From contig CP142729.1 in the NCBI GenBank assembly GCA_036630325.1, forward strand, positions 124,001-188,000: a stretch of 64,000 bases of DNA, in the 5' to 3' direction. Below are positions 39,101 through 50,794 of the stretch, piece by piece (position 1 is the first letter of the stretch; each line of letters starts with the position of its first letter). Below the pieces are notes generated by a model that searched no databases, was not told where the DNA came from, and saw only the letters and a program-made list of their open reading frames with translations. This stretch comes from Vairimorpha necatrix (Eukaryota). A program made the position numbers and the translations under genes.

Positions 39101-39293
39101 CAAAAATCTCCTTCTTTACATTCTTCTCAAGATCATAATCAGAGAATACTGGTCCATAAACAATCCTCTTAAACTCTTCTAATAACCTTCTGGCCTCTTG
39201 ACCACAGCCAACACTTGTTAACTCACGATTCGGTATCGCCCATATGTATTTATTTATCATAATTAAGGTTCAGAAATATAAGAATGTATAACA
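36157..39293 (-). mobile_element. Minimal Ty3/Gypsy LTR retrotransposon with 49-bp LTRs, frameshifted
   Basis: Direct repeats 36157-36205 and 39245-39293; TSD CACA(A); PPT GAAGGAGGA; CCHC knuckle, YMDD RT, RNase H (TDHKAL, ADALSR), HHCC-DDE integrase. Confidence 0.9.
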
Positions 39294-40319
39294 CACAATA
39301 TCTCTCATAAGATCCTAAATATGTCTTGAGGTGCAAATTATTTGCATTTCTTCAATTTTTTTTTACAAAATCTTGATTATCTAAATCATTTTAGCATGGC
39401 TTTAACATGCATTTTTCTATAACTAACTTAATAACAATTATTGCTCTTTTGTCAAGCCTAACGGACCTTATTAAGATTCAAGTAATGTGCCACAAACTCG
39501 ATCGCTCTTTATTATTTTACTGCTCCTATAGCTATCATGTGCTATCGTTTTTTTTGTAATTAAAACGTTACTTGATAGAATTATAATAATAGCCTTATTT
39601 TTAATTGTATTTGTTTCTAAAATCGTCAAATTTGTGCTAGATATTCTAAATGTTGCAGTTATTTAAGTATATAAATCTGTAGAAATATTTCATGCTACAT
39701 ATAATATAGTTTATTGGCTTGATATTGACCAATCGTAATTTTTTAAAAAAATATTAAAAATTTTTCATGATTGAATTTTTAGCAAAAATTTACCTTAACA
39801 TTATTCGTTTGTACAAAATTTAAATTATTGAAAATACCGGATACATTTTTAATATCTCCCATTTTATAATTATAAACGATTTTTACTTGAATATACAAAT
39901 GCAGTGATTATTCTTGGTCTTTTATTATGTACCGGTTGTTTATACAAAAAGCAAGCATTCCATGATGATTTTTAAATATTTTTTAGTCAATTTCCTAACA
40001 AATTCAATACAATTGAGTATATTGTAATTTTTCAGACAATATTTGTTGAACATATTAATAATTACTCCTTTTGTTTTTTACAATATTGTATATCTTACAA
40101 CAAATGTTCAAGATAATGTAAAAAGATGATAAAAATCTAGATGAAATTTTAATTTATCAATTGTATAAATTAATTATGAGCAATCAATTCCAAAATACTG
40201 TCTATACAATACATATAAACGAATAATACTCGTTTGTTTTATTGATTAATTATTAATTATATTATGTCCATAATTCATGCCAATTGTTGAAATGATTTTA
40301 TTAGATACACGGACGAAAT

Positions 40320-40730
40320 GCTTTTGTCTACAAATAAAGTAATAATATCATGTTAACAAGCTATATCATGGAATAATTAATGATGTTGTTCGGTTAAATT
40401 AGTTTTGTTTTTCACTACAAATAAAGTAATAATATCATGTTAACAATTTACAACATGGAATATTCAATGGTGTTGTTTGGTTAAATTAGTTTTGTTTTTC
40501 ACTACAAATATTGTGTAATAATATTATAGAAAACTTTACATGGAATATACAATTATGTTGTTTGGTTAAATTAGTTTTGTTATTTTCCTACAAATATTGT
40601 TTAATAATATTATATTAACAAGCTATAACATGGAATATCCAGTGACATTTTCCCTAAATTTTTAGTTATGTTTATGTGCTACAAAAATTAAGCAATAAAT
40701 TATTTTAACATCTATAACGACGAGAATTCA
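40320..40730. repeat. ~87-bp tandem repeat, about 4.5 diverged units
   Basis: CTACAAA anchors at 40328, 40415, 40502, 40588, 40679 with recurring CATGGAATA and GGTTAAATTAGTTTTGTT. Confidence 0.85.
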
Positions 40731-41661
40731 AAAAGGTTTTCTCCAAATATGTTTTTATTTTTGATTGTTTGCCTAAAAAGAAAAAGTGTTAATATTAAAT
40801 GTATTGTCCAATAAATGTGTTGTGTTTCTGTTTATTTGCAGAGATGAATATTGTTAGAAACCCTACACTAAACTAGCACATATTGTTTAATTTTTTTTGA
40901 TTGGTAATACAATCATGGAATAATATGAAGCACATTTAATTTTGGGTCTGTTTGCCTTAATTAATATAGGTTGCTACATTTAATTCTGTGAAAACTCTTT
41001 ACCTAAGTTTTTACAAATACTTTTACAAAATAAACTGTCATTATCCAAAATATTATTATTGATTTTTGACACATGTTGTTGGGGATTTTAGTGATTAAAT
41101 CACCATTACCTCATGAGATATGTTAATATATTAGATTTATAAAAGAAATAGTATATCAAAAGAAATTGATAAAAATGATTTTATAACCTTACTTTTCATT
41201 TAAATGGCACTATAATATGATGATTTATAGATCTAGTTATATATAATATATGAATTTTTATAAATGTTTGTTTGTGCATGCGTCATTATTTGAGTGTGTC
41301 AAATTAGTGATCATTAATATGCAATTAAAATATCATAAAATATATTATAAAATCATTATTAACATTATAAATCTTGCTATCCAGCACTAGTTTATAATTA
41401 TATAAATATTAAACAATAACAATATGATATATGACAAATTAAAAGTTATAAATCAAGTTATTACATAATATTCATTTTATACTTACAATCTTATGTCTTG
41501 GTTACTTTACCTTACACAGAATATAATTTTGTTTTTATTGATTTTCCCTGTCAAATGTCGTCTTATTAAATTTAATTATGAAATTATGTTTTCCGTTTTT
41601 AATTTCCTTATATTAATTATTTCTCGTATTTATTAATATTTTTCTGATATCCCCCTCTATT

Positions 41662-42297
41662 ATGAGTGAATCAAATTCCGTTGATAATAATTTACAAAAT
41701 ATTAACGGCGAAAGTCGTTATATATTTCTTCAGAAAGAAGAGATAAAGAAGAAATCCTACAATGATGAATATAATTATACTAAATTTGATAATTTAATAA
41801 ACAAGAAGTCTGTATTATTTAATTTCGTAGGAGAGAGTCATTTGTCAGATCATGTTATTAAATTAGATTTTTATAATAAGAAGTATAGTACTTTGACCCG
41901 GGAAGAGATAATTGAGTACAGAGATAAGATTTTAAAGAATAATGGATTAGAAGAAATAGAGAAATGTAGTTTATGTAAGATGAGTCATGAGAATAAAACA
42001 TGTTCTTGTACTCATAAAAATGAGGAGTCTGTAGACCGAGACACTAAGATTTTAGGCTTATTTCAGGAGTATATTATTGATTTGAAGATTTTTTTAAGTA
42101 AAAGCGAGTTAAAAGAGAATGAGGTGATTTTATTTGATAAGATAATTTTATGGATGGATAATTTATTTAAGAAGATGCCTTCTGGGTATAAAGAGAGTAT
42201 ATTTACTAGACTTAGTAATGAGTTCTTTGATTTGGATTACAGTTATATAGTCGTTATAGAATTCCTTAAGAAATATTTCAACAAGGAAATATTATAA
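41662..42297 (+). CDS. Hypothetical protein with Cys/His cluster
   Basis: 211-aa ORF, CCCCC upstream, CSLCKMSHENKTCSCTH. Confidence 0.75.
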   Translation: MSESNSVDNNLQNINGESRYIFLQKEEIKKKSYNDEYNYTKFDNLINKKSVLFNFVGESHLSDHVIKLDFYNKKYSTLTREEIIEYRDKILKNNGLEEIEKCSLCKMSHENKTCSCTHKNEESVDRDTKILGLFQEYIIDLKIFLSKSELKENEVILFDKIILWMDNLFKKMPSGYKESIFTRLSNEFFDLDYSYIVVIEFLKKYFNKEIL

Positions 42298-42391
42298 GAA
42301 AATAAAATAAAATAAAATAATAAAATAAAATGATTATTTAATATTATGTCTATTTCATATGTCTATTTAGTATTATTGTTCCCTTTTTTTA

Positions 42392-42595
42392 ATGAACTTA
42401 GATCAAGAAATGACTAAAATATTGGCGAAAGTAATGCACAATAGTTACAAGAGAAAAGAAGTTAATGAATTAATAGAGAGAATAATAGAAAAAATGGACA
42501 AGATTATCAAGACTGACAACTTAGAGGAGGAATTCTTAAGACTTAAAGAAGAATATTATAATATATTACAAGATATAAAAACATACCACAATTAA
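42392..42595 (+). CDS. Small hypothetical helical protein
   Basis: 67 aa, CCC upstream, gene-dense context. Confidence 0.6.
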   Translation: MNLDQEMTKILAKVMHNSYKRKEVNELIERIIEKMDKIIKTDNLEEEFLRLKEEYYNILQDIKTYHN

Positions 42596-42694
42596 ACATT
42601 TTAAATACATTTGTAAATTTATTTACAAAATTTAGTAAAATAAATATTTTTAAATTTATTAAATATTTTCCTTTGTTTTTTTTTACCCCTTAAA

Positions 42695-43030
42695 ATGAAC
42701 ACAGCATTGGAAAACAACAAAATGATGGAAATTACTGTCAACCTAGGCAAACTTACAAAAGGTTGCAACTGGACCAAAAAGGCCAGTATAGCCATTAAGA
42801 AGTTTAGATCTCATCTTAAGAAGATGCTCAAGACTGATGAGAAGATTACAATCCAGAAAGATTTAAATAAATATATATTTAGTAAAGGGCTTACCAAAGT
42901 ACCAAGAAGAGTAAGAATTAAAGTGGAGAGGATAGCCGACAAAGATAATGCAGAATTAAATGTTATAAAATGTTCTCATGTATTGGTAGGGAATTTTAAG
43001 GGATTGAAGACAGAAATAATAAGCGAATAA
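42695..43030 (+). CDS. RPL31: 60S ribosomal protein L31
   Basis: [40 protein letters not shown] match the eL31 pattern. Confidence 0.92.
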
Positions 43031-43513
43031 ATAATATTACTATTTAATATATATAACAATATTATGTAATATCACTTATATTAATTTATTATTATATAAT
43101 ATTTATATTATTATCTTATAATATCTATAATATTATCTTAAAATATCTCTAACATTATCGTATAATATTTATGATATTAATTTATTATTTTATAATATCT
43201 TAATAATCACTTGGCACGGTATAGTGACTAAGTTTCATAAATCTTATACCACAATACTCAAATCCCTAAGAAGGTAAAAATGTACATCCAGATGATCACG
43301 CTACAAAGCATTTCTCTGGACTACCAAAGCAGATGTGGAAAGGATAATAGAGACGCTAGCGCTGAATAAAACTAGTAGTATAAACTCAAAATATAAATTA
43401 CAATAAGCATACCCTAATAAGATTCATTTATCTTATAATATTTATTTATAAATCTTGGTTCCTGTGTCTAAGTCTTTTTACACACAATTCATTTCTATGG
43501 TCGTAAATCTTAG

Positions 43514-43602
43514 CACCCCATTTACATTTGTCTCTTGGGCTTAAGTTCTAGAGTGACACCCCATTTGACATTTGTCTCTTGGGCTTAAGTTCTAGACTGA
43601 CA
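43514..43602. repeat. Tandem ~43-bp duplication
   Basis: CACCCCATTT(G)ACATTTGTCTCTTGGGCTTAAGTTCTAGAsTGA twice. Confidence 0.85.
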
Positions 43603-43859
43603 TTTTAGGCCAAGAGATTCTTATAGAAAATCAAAGCCATACTGTCTGTGTGTCATTAAATGATAATATTATTTCATTCTCTATTATAGTAAGTCGATCC
43701 TAATTGGTTCCATTATTATATTATATTTATATTAGTTCTTTACCCTCTTAGTTAGATTTTTTATTTATAGATAATCTTAAATAAAATAATCTTAAATATT
43801 ATAATTTTAATTTATAGATAATCTTAAATAAGATATCTTTGCAAATAAAATTTATCTCC

Positions 43860-44023
43860 AATTTTACACTATCTAAAACATATACAGACAAGAGTCCCTA
43901 GTAGCACTGCATAAAGCAGTCTTAATAAAATATTAAATTCATTTAAATTTTACACTATCTAAAACATGTACAGACAAGAGTCCTTAAAATGATATAGTAG
44001 CACTGAATCAAGCAGTCTTAATG
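43860..44023. repeat. Local direct duplication of about 65-75 bp
   Basis: ATTTTACACTATCTAAAACATrTACAGACAAGAGTCC...TAGTAGCACTG..AAGCAGTCTTAAT twice. Confidence 0.8.
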
Positions 44024-44120
44024 ATATATTATAATAATATTTGAGTATTTTATAAATCTCCTAAAAAAATAATTCGAAAAAACAGAATATAAATATATTT
44101 TAAACTAATCCATTTTTTTT

Positions 44121-44777
44121 TCATGTTATGTCCTCACATGTGATCTCATGAATTTTTAATGCATCATTTTCTTTATATACTTTTATGTTGCATATTTTGT
44201 TTGTTTGAACAAACAAACTGGGATCATACATTCCTATTTCGAATGTGTATTCCATATCCCTTATATTTTCTATATTTCTTATACTTATAATGTTTTCTAA
44301 TCCTGTCTCCATATAGTTTTCTAATCCTGTCTCCGTATAGTTTTCTAATCCTTCCTCCGTATAATTTTCTTTTTTTGTTATATTTTTTATTAGTCTGTTT
44401 TTTATAAAGAATTTGTCTTCTGCTTTAAACCAGTTTAGAAATGTGTAGTAGTAGTATTTTACGAGATCCAGATACCTTCCTTGATATTTAACAATATTAA
44501 ACTCATGTAAGATCCTTTGATTTATATTAATATTATGTTTATTATCATATGTATTATAGTGCATTTTATATTTGTTTATTAGTTGGTTTATTGTCTCTAG
44601 TTTCTTGAGTATTATGTTGTCTGTCTCTACTAATATCTTCTTGAGTTTATTATTATTGTATATTCTACTATATCTCTCTATTTCTTCTACTAGTTTTATA
44701 TTCTTGTTGTATTCATTGTATAAATTACTAGTAAATGAGTTTATAAAGTTCTGTATCTTTTTATAGTACACCTCCAT
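44121..44777 (-). CDS. Hypothetical protein with 8-aa repeats
   Basis: 218-aa ORF, CCC upstream, ENY(T/M)E(E/T)GL three times. Confidence 0.72.
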   Translation of the reverse strand: MEVYYKKIQNFINSFTSNLYNEYNKNIKLVEEIERYSRIYNNNKLKKILVETDNIILKKLETINQLINKYKMHYNTYDNKHNININQRILHEFNIVKYQGRYLDLVKYYYYTFLNWFKAEDKFFIKNRLIKNITKKENYTEEGLENYTETGLENYMETGLENIISIRNIENIRDMEYTFEIGMYDPSLFVQTNKICNIKVYKENDALKIHEITCEDIT

Positions 44778-44946
44778 AAGAGGGTATATTATAATATTAT
44801 AGTATATATTATAATATGGTAGTAATATTAATATAGTATAATATTATTATAGTATTATTATAATATAATAGTTATATCTTGTTCTGGTTGTTTATTTGTT
44901 TTGTTTCACTTGACTTTTTTTAGGAATAAACATTCCCCCTCTTATT

Positions 44947-45240
44947 ATGTTTGATAAATTTACTAAGATAATCCAGTGGTCTTTTAGTAACTTGTACAGT
45001 ATTACAATAATCTCAGTAGTGAGTATTATAGTCTTAGTCCTGGTGAATGTACTTCCTAAGCTTCTACAGAAGGAGAAATGTAAGCCCAATGAAGAGATAA
45101 AAAATAGAACTGAGAAAGTATTTGAGAAGGCCGAGGAGCAAGTAGAGGCCGAGGAAGAACAAGTAGAGGAGGAGGAAAGCAGTGAAGAGGAGAGTGAGAG
45201 TGAGACAGATGAAGAAGATTCACTTGAGAATTTACAATAA
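44947..45240 (+). CDS. Small single-pass membrane protein with acidic tail
   Basis: CCCCC upstream; TM ITIISVVSIIVLVLVNVL; E/S-rich C-terminus. Confidence 0.75.
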   Translation: MFDKFTKIIQWSFSNLYSITIISVVSIIVLVLVNVLPKLLQKEKCKPNEEIKNRTEKVFEKAEEQVEAEEEQVEEEESSEEESESETDEEDSLENLQ

Positions 45241-45360
45241 AAAAGAATATTGAAAAAACAATATATTTCTACTAAATATAAATAATAATGTATATTTATA
45301 AATCTATCATTATAATGATTATTAATAATATTAATTATTATAATATCTATATGTATTTAT

Positions 45361-47394
45361 AGCAAAAGAACAAGCTATGGTTAATATAGCAGTCAATAAG
45401 GAGCATGGAAACAAGCTGAAGACTATGTGGATAGATGTAAAGAAAGCCTACGACTCCGTAGACCATTCTTATCTATTAACATGTACTAGCAAGTTAAATC
45501 TCCCCCAATGGATAAGTAAATTCTTAGAAGCCACGGTTAAAAGGTGGCACATTGAGATAAAATCAGGATCGGAAACGATACTGAATAAGAAGATTGAAAG
45601 AGGCATATTACAAGGGGATTCCCTGTCGCCGCTTTTGTTTGTACTATGTATGGACCCGTTGAGCAGGAAACTGAATTCAACTTACCCAAAAGTAGGAATA
45701 CAGACTCACGAAAGTGTTTATGTAACAAACCATCTTCTATTTATTGATGATCTTAAGCTCCTCGCAGAGAACGATGTCGTTTTAAAACTGATGAATGAGA
45801 AAAATAAGTAGTATTTCTCAGCTGTTGGTTTGGAAATGAACATGAGTAAGTCAGCGACTAACTGTATTGATTGTAGCGAAGATGCAGTAATATTAGAAGG
45901 GCATCAAGGATACAAAAACCTTGGAATAACAGAGGATGCCTCTTGTGCTGTCAAAAGAGAGACTTTTGAAAAAGTAATAAATAAGATCCTACAGAGGGCT
46001 AGAAAACTGTGCAAGACTAAATTAAATGGTAAGAATATGATTCGAGCTATAAACGAGCATGCAATATCAGTAACAAAAATCATGTAGGATTATTAAAATT
46101 AGAACGAATAGATTTCAAAAGTCTCGATTTTGGTATCCGACAGGTACTTATCAAGTACCAGGTCCATACACAGCCGGCCTGCAAGGAAAGACTATACCTT
46201 TCTAGATCCGAAATGGGTAGAGGCTTCATAAGTATCGAAGATAGAAACGAAAATATGCTTCTGAATATTTATAAATTGTTAGATTAGTCTAGAAATAGCT
46301 CACTAAGACGGGCAGCAATACTTAAAGTAGAGGCGGAGAGCAAATCCCACTTATTTACAATTAACGAGTATCTAAGGATTAGGTATAGCTTTGTAGGAGC
46401 GATAACCCAGAAGATGCTAATAGAATCCCAAAAAGAAGCGCTTTACAACAAAATTAACATAAGGACAAACCATGGAAAGTTGTTTAAAGCTAGGGACAAT
46501 GATTTAGTAAGCATTAGGGACTCTTCTACCTGGCTGGTTAAAGGAAACAATCAGGCTAGATCCGAAGCAATTTACTGCTTCCTACAGGATAGAAATATCT
46601 TCTGTGGACAAGAGGGACAATGTCCCCATTGTGGATCTCATAGGAAGACCGTGGATCATTTAACTACCAAGTGTGATCGAATGTTGGGTTTTGATTATAT
46701 GAAAAGACACAACGAGGTAGTTAGATGCATTCATCTCTTACTATGTATTAAATATGGGTTTAAGAAGACAAAGAAAATACGTGGACACTCAGTACAAGAG
46801 ATCATAGAAAATGATCGTGCTGAAATAAGAGTAGATACGAGAATATCCACTAATATAAAGGTGACCCATAATAAGCCTGATATTCTTGTGTTTGACAAGA
46901 AGAAGAAAGAAATTTATATAGTTGAAGTAGGTATAACCAACCAGGATCGACTTATAATAGCCCGAATGAAAAACTAAGAAAATATGATCTTCTTGTAATA
47001 ATACATAAATCTTCTGCAAGAATAGTTCCTTATGTAATGACATGGACTGTAGTGATCACCAAATATCACAGAAAGTACATCAGAGGCCTGGAAATCCGAC
47101 CATACTTTGAAGCATACATCCAGTCTATTGTGCAGAAGACGACGAAGGTACGATCAGGGGATGCAGTAGAAGAAGAAGTGGCTAGAGCAGTAAGCGCACT
47201 AGCGAATATGGCGACTGTTAAAGAAGTGGTTTCGGCAAAGGGGAATGAAGCTGCTAAAGTGAAGTTGGAAAACATTAATAATTCCACAGAAACCAAAGTC
47301 TGTGAAGAGCTGAATCCCATGAGCGATACCGGGGAAAGCTGTGCTATGAATATCTAATCTTAATGATAAATTAACTCAATAAATCTTTTATTTT
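45361..47394 (+). mobile_element. 5'-truncated RLE-type (R2/R4/NeSL-like) non-LTR retrotransposon
   Basis: RT motifs DVKKAYDSV, GILQGDSLSPLLF, FIDD; CPHC..H..C knuckle, RHN, KPD, EV endonuclease; 11-bp TSD TATGTATTTAT (45350-45360, 47395-47405). Confidence 0.94.
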
Positions 47395-47430
47395 TATGTA
47401 TTTATTGTATTTACCCTTATTTTGCTTATT

Positions 47431-48114
47431 ATGAAATATTGTACAAATGAATTGTCTTTTATAAAAGACTGTCTCCTTTCACAGGGACTTAGATCTGATC
47501 TCAGATCCATAAAAGACACAAGGGAGACTCAAGTCACTCCCCTTGATAATCTCCACTCTGATGGGTCTCTCCTCCTCAAGAGAGGATATTCCTCTATAAG
47601 GCTCAGTATAGAGTTCAATATTGAGGGGACTATAGAGTCAAATTATGAGATCTCGTCTTTCTTCCTCAGGGAACTCTCCGAGTTCCCTGGGATTTATATA
47701 AAGATGGAGATTTATAAAGATGACGGGAATATAAGAGACTTATTTTATGAAGGAATAAGAAACATACTCAATAATACAGAAGAACTACTAAAAGAAGTTT
47801 ATAAACTACTAGATCATAAAAGAGAAGATCATAAACTAGTATGTAATAAACTACTAAGTACAGTCTCAATGAATAATTTGCTAGACGATAAAAAAGAAGT
47901 TTATAAAAATATTTTAAATGTTTCTTCTTTCGCTATATTTGAAAATCTTGTCATCAGTGACCCCTTGAAAATCGAGGAAGAAAGTTCTGACGCATTAGTG
48001 ACTGTATTCCACAGGAATGGGGAAATATTATCATTTATCCAAACTAAATCAGGAATAATAAACCAAGAAATAATCCAAGAGATACAAAAGAGACTTATAC
48101 AAAATATAAAGTAA
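47431..48114 (+). CDS. Exosome core subunit, RRP42/RRP45-like (RNase PH fold)
   Basis: ELSFIKDCL..GLRSDLR, DGS, IYKDDGNI, ISDPLKIEE, IQTKSG; ATG at 47431 after CCC. Confidence 0.78.
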   Translation: MKYCTNELSFIKDCLLSQGLRSDLRSIKDTRETQVTPLDNLHSDGSLLLKRGYSSIRLSIEFNIEGTIESNYEISSFFLRELSEFPGIYIKMEIYKDDGNIRDLFYEGIRNILNNTEELLKEVYKLLDHKREDHKLVCNKLLSTVSMNNLLDDKKEVYKNILNVSSFAIFENLVISDPLKIEEESSDALVTVFHRNGEILSFIQTKSGIINQEIIQEIQKRLIQNIK

Positions 48115-48121
48115 TAATATT

Positions 48122-48448
48122 TTATTTATTCTTCTTCTTTAAATATCTTATGGGCTTCCTCTTAGAGGGGACATTTGTGTCCTTCTCTTTTAAAGGACTA
48201 GAAATATATTTAATATTTGATTCTTTAATAAACTTGTCTTTTATATTTTTAGTATTCTCAAGTAAACTGCTTATATCTCGGATTTGTACATCTAGATCTT
48301 CTAATATTTTATTAAACACCCTTCCAGTCTGGTAATCTTTCTTAATATTCTCTTTTACTATGTCTGTGTGTAACTCATTAATCTTATTTATTTCATGAAG
48401 TAACTCTGTGTTCTTCTTTGTCAAATTCTTATTCTTCTTACTAGTCAT
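48122..48448 (-). CDS. Hypothetical coiled-coil protein with basic C-terminus
   Basis: 108-aa ORF convergent with the exosome gene, about 7 bp apart. Confidence 0.6.
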   Translation of the reverse strand: MTSKKNKNLTKKNTELLHEINKINELHTDIVKENIKKDYQTGRVFNKILEDLDVQIRDISSLLENTKNIKDKFIKESNIKYISSPLKEKDTNVPSKRKPIRYLKKKNK

Positions 48449-48671
48449 TTATGCAAAGAAGAAAAATCTAAAACAAATATAAAAAATATAATAAGATTCA
48501 TTATAATTTATTATAATTTATTAAAATTTATTAAGATTAATTATAAAAAAGTATAAATTTGGTAATTTTGAATTATGGGTGAAGATGCTAGTAGGCATCA
48601 ATTCATATAGAGGCTGATTCAGTGCCTCTTTATGTCTCTATATTATACTAGTCATATTAATAATAATATAT

Positions 48672-48825
48672 AAAAGCGCACTAGCGAATATGGCGACTGT
48701 TAAAGGAGAATGAAGTTGAAAAACGAAAATAATATAGTCTGTGAAGACTTAATCCCATGAGTGATACCAGGACAAGCTGTGCTACAAATATTTAAACGGA
48801 AAATAGATTGAATAAACTATTTTAT
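48672..48825 (+). mobile_element. Short 3' end of the RLE non-LTR family
   Basis: AAGCGCACTAGCGAATATGGCGACTGTTAAAG is identical to 47192-47223; same terminal motif. Confidence 0.85.
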
Positions 48826-48856
48826 CATATAAAATTTATATTCCATCCCTTTTAAC

Positions 48857-49249
48857 ATGTTTGATTACTCAGAAATACAAGGAACATTTTCTCTACGAAA
48901 CAGAAGATTCGAGAGATCTCATAACAAACCCATAAAACTACACAGATCTCAAGGAATAACTTACAAAATACTAGAAAAAGCAAACATTCTCTTTAATGAA
49001 TACATAAAAACACAAAAAATAGACACAAGTTTCATATACAAAATGGAGCTTACTGGGTCACAAATTTATATAAAAAATGTACCGTGTTTTGTAGTAGAAG
49101 AAAGAAAGAATTCTTTAGTAGTGATTTATAAAGATGAGAAGATTAAAACATTTATAAAAAATGGGCTGGTGTTTTGTATAGAACTAAATAATATAAAATA
49201 TACAATAATAGGTAAGAACTTAAAGATTAACAGATTTATAAAAAGATAA
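48857..49249 (+). CDS. RNase P/MRP subunit POP4/Rpp29-like
   Basis: KMELTGSQI, VVEERKNSLVVI, IKNGLVF, IIGKNL..R resemble the Rpp29 C-terminal domain; CCCC upstream. Confidence 0.7.
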   Translation: MFDYSEIQGTFSLRNRRFERSHNKPIKLHRSQGITYKILEKANILFNEYIKTQKIDTSFIYKMELTGSQIYIKNVPCFVVEERKNSLVVIYKDEKIKTFIKNGLVFCIELNNIKYTIIGKNLKINRFIKR

Positions 49250-49505
49250 TATAAACATTATAAAGTTTAATTTTTTAAAGTGTAATTTAATAAAACTTAT
49301 ACAATATAAAAATCTATACTAAATTTTAAAACAAGTAATATAAACATTATATAGTATAAATTTTATAAAGTATAATTTAATAGATCTTATACAATATAAA
49401 AATCTATACTAAATTTTAAAACAATACAAATTTACTATATTAGATATATAATTATTGTAGAATAAAAATAAATCTTTTTAAATTTTTTTGTTTTTTTTTC
49501 ACCCC

Positions 49506-50774
49506 ATGGGACAAAATCACTCGGCTCCAAACAGTATAGACGACTCCGCAACTATAAACATAAAACGGAGAAGAAGAGTCAAAGAAAACAAAAATGCTTC
49601 TAAACCTCCTATAGTCTACCCACTAGTCAAATGTAAACTAAGAGATCTGAAACTACAAAAACAACTAGCCTATCTCTCCTTAGAAGACAACCTTCTAAAC
49701 TTGGCAGAAGTCAAACCAAGCGAATTTGGATCTCAAAAAATGCTAGTAGACCAAATTAGAGGGAATCCTCTAAGTATAGGCACTCTAGAAGAATTCGTAG
49801 ACGACAATCATGCTATTGTAAGTACAGGACTCGGGCCTGAATACTATGTAAGTATCTACTCATTCGTAGATAAAGACTTACTTGAGCCCGGGTGCACTGT
49901 ATTACTAAACTATAAAGATAATTCAGTAGTAGGTGTACTAGAAGCAGAAACAGATCCAATGGTGAGTGTAATGAAACTTGAAAAAGCGCCTACAGAAACA
50001 TACGGAGATATTGGGGGACTAGAATCCCAAATACAAGAAATCAAGGAAAGTGTAGAATTCCCACTTACTAATCCAGAAATATATCTGGAAATGGGTATAA
50101 AACCACCAAAAGGAGTCATTCTTTATGGTCTCCCTGGAACAGGAAAAACACTACTAGCGAAAGCAGTGGCAAACCAAACATCAGCAACATTCTTGAGAAT
50201 TGTAGGCTCAGAACTAATTCAAAAATATTTAGGAGATGGACCCAAATTAGTTAGGGAATTATTCAAAGTAGCTGAAATGCACGCACCTTCTATAATTTTC
50301 ATAGACGAAATAGACGCCATAGGTAGGAAAAGATACGACTCAAGCTCAGGAGCACAACGAGAAATACAACGTACTATGTTAGAATTACTAAACCAACTAG
50401 ACGGATTTGATACAAGAGATGATATAAAAGTCATAATGGCTACTAATAAAATAGAAATATTAGATCCTGCTTTAATAAGACCTGGTCGTATAGACAGGAA
50501 AATAGAATTTGGTATGCCAGATGCTGCTACTAAAAAGAAAATATTTTCTATACATACCAGTAAAATGACACTGGATGAGAATGTTAATCTTGACGAATTA
50601 GTAACAAGTAAAGAAGACTTAAATGGGGCTGATATTAAAGCAATATGTACAGAAGCAGGAATGATAGCATTAAGGGAAAGAAGGAAACATGTGTGTAAAG
50701 AAGATTTTAATAAAGCGAGAGAGAAAGTATTTTATACTAAACAGAATAGTTTACCGACGGGATTATATTCTTAA
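49506..50774 (+). CDS. RPT2: 26S proteasome AAA ATPase subunit 4 (Rpt2/PSMC1)
   Basis: MGQ start after [51 protein letters not shown]-terminus. Confidence 0.96.
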   Translation: MGQNHSAPNSIDDSATINIKRRRRVKENKNASKPPIVYPLVKCKLRDLKLQKQLAYLSLEDNLLNLAEVKPSEFGSQKMLVDQIRGNPLSIGTLEEFVDDNHAIVSTGLGPEYYVSIYSFVDKDLLEPGCTVLLNYKDNSVVGVLEAETDPMVSVMKLEKAPTETYGDIGGLESQIQEIKESVEFPLTNPEIYLEMGIKPPKGVILYGLPGTGKTLLAKAVANQTSATFLRIVGSELIQKYLGDGPKLVRELFKVAEMHAPSIIFIDEIDAIGRKRYDSSSGAQREIQRTMLELLNQLDGFDTRDDIKVIMATNKIEILDPALIRPGRIDRKIEFGMPDAATKKKIFSIHTSKMTLDENVNLDELVTSKEDLNGADIKAICTEAGMIALRERRKHVCKEDFNKAREKVFYTKQNSLPTGLYS

Positions 50775-50794
50775 TAAACTTTATGTACTAAAAA

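Noticed and set aside
40320-40730. CRISPR-like array
   Set aside because: The whole 87-bp unit is repeated and diverged; no repeat-spacer structure.
49250-49425. Regulatory element between the POP4-like gene and RPT2
   Set aside because: Only a local AT-rich duplication of about 90 bp; no evidence of function.
49488-49505. ORF-track starts at TTG/GTG codons (e.g. RPT2 49488, exosome gene 47422, Tc1 20573)
   Set aside because: Eukaryotic locus; ATGs following the CCC motif (49506, 47431, 20555) are more plausible.
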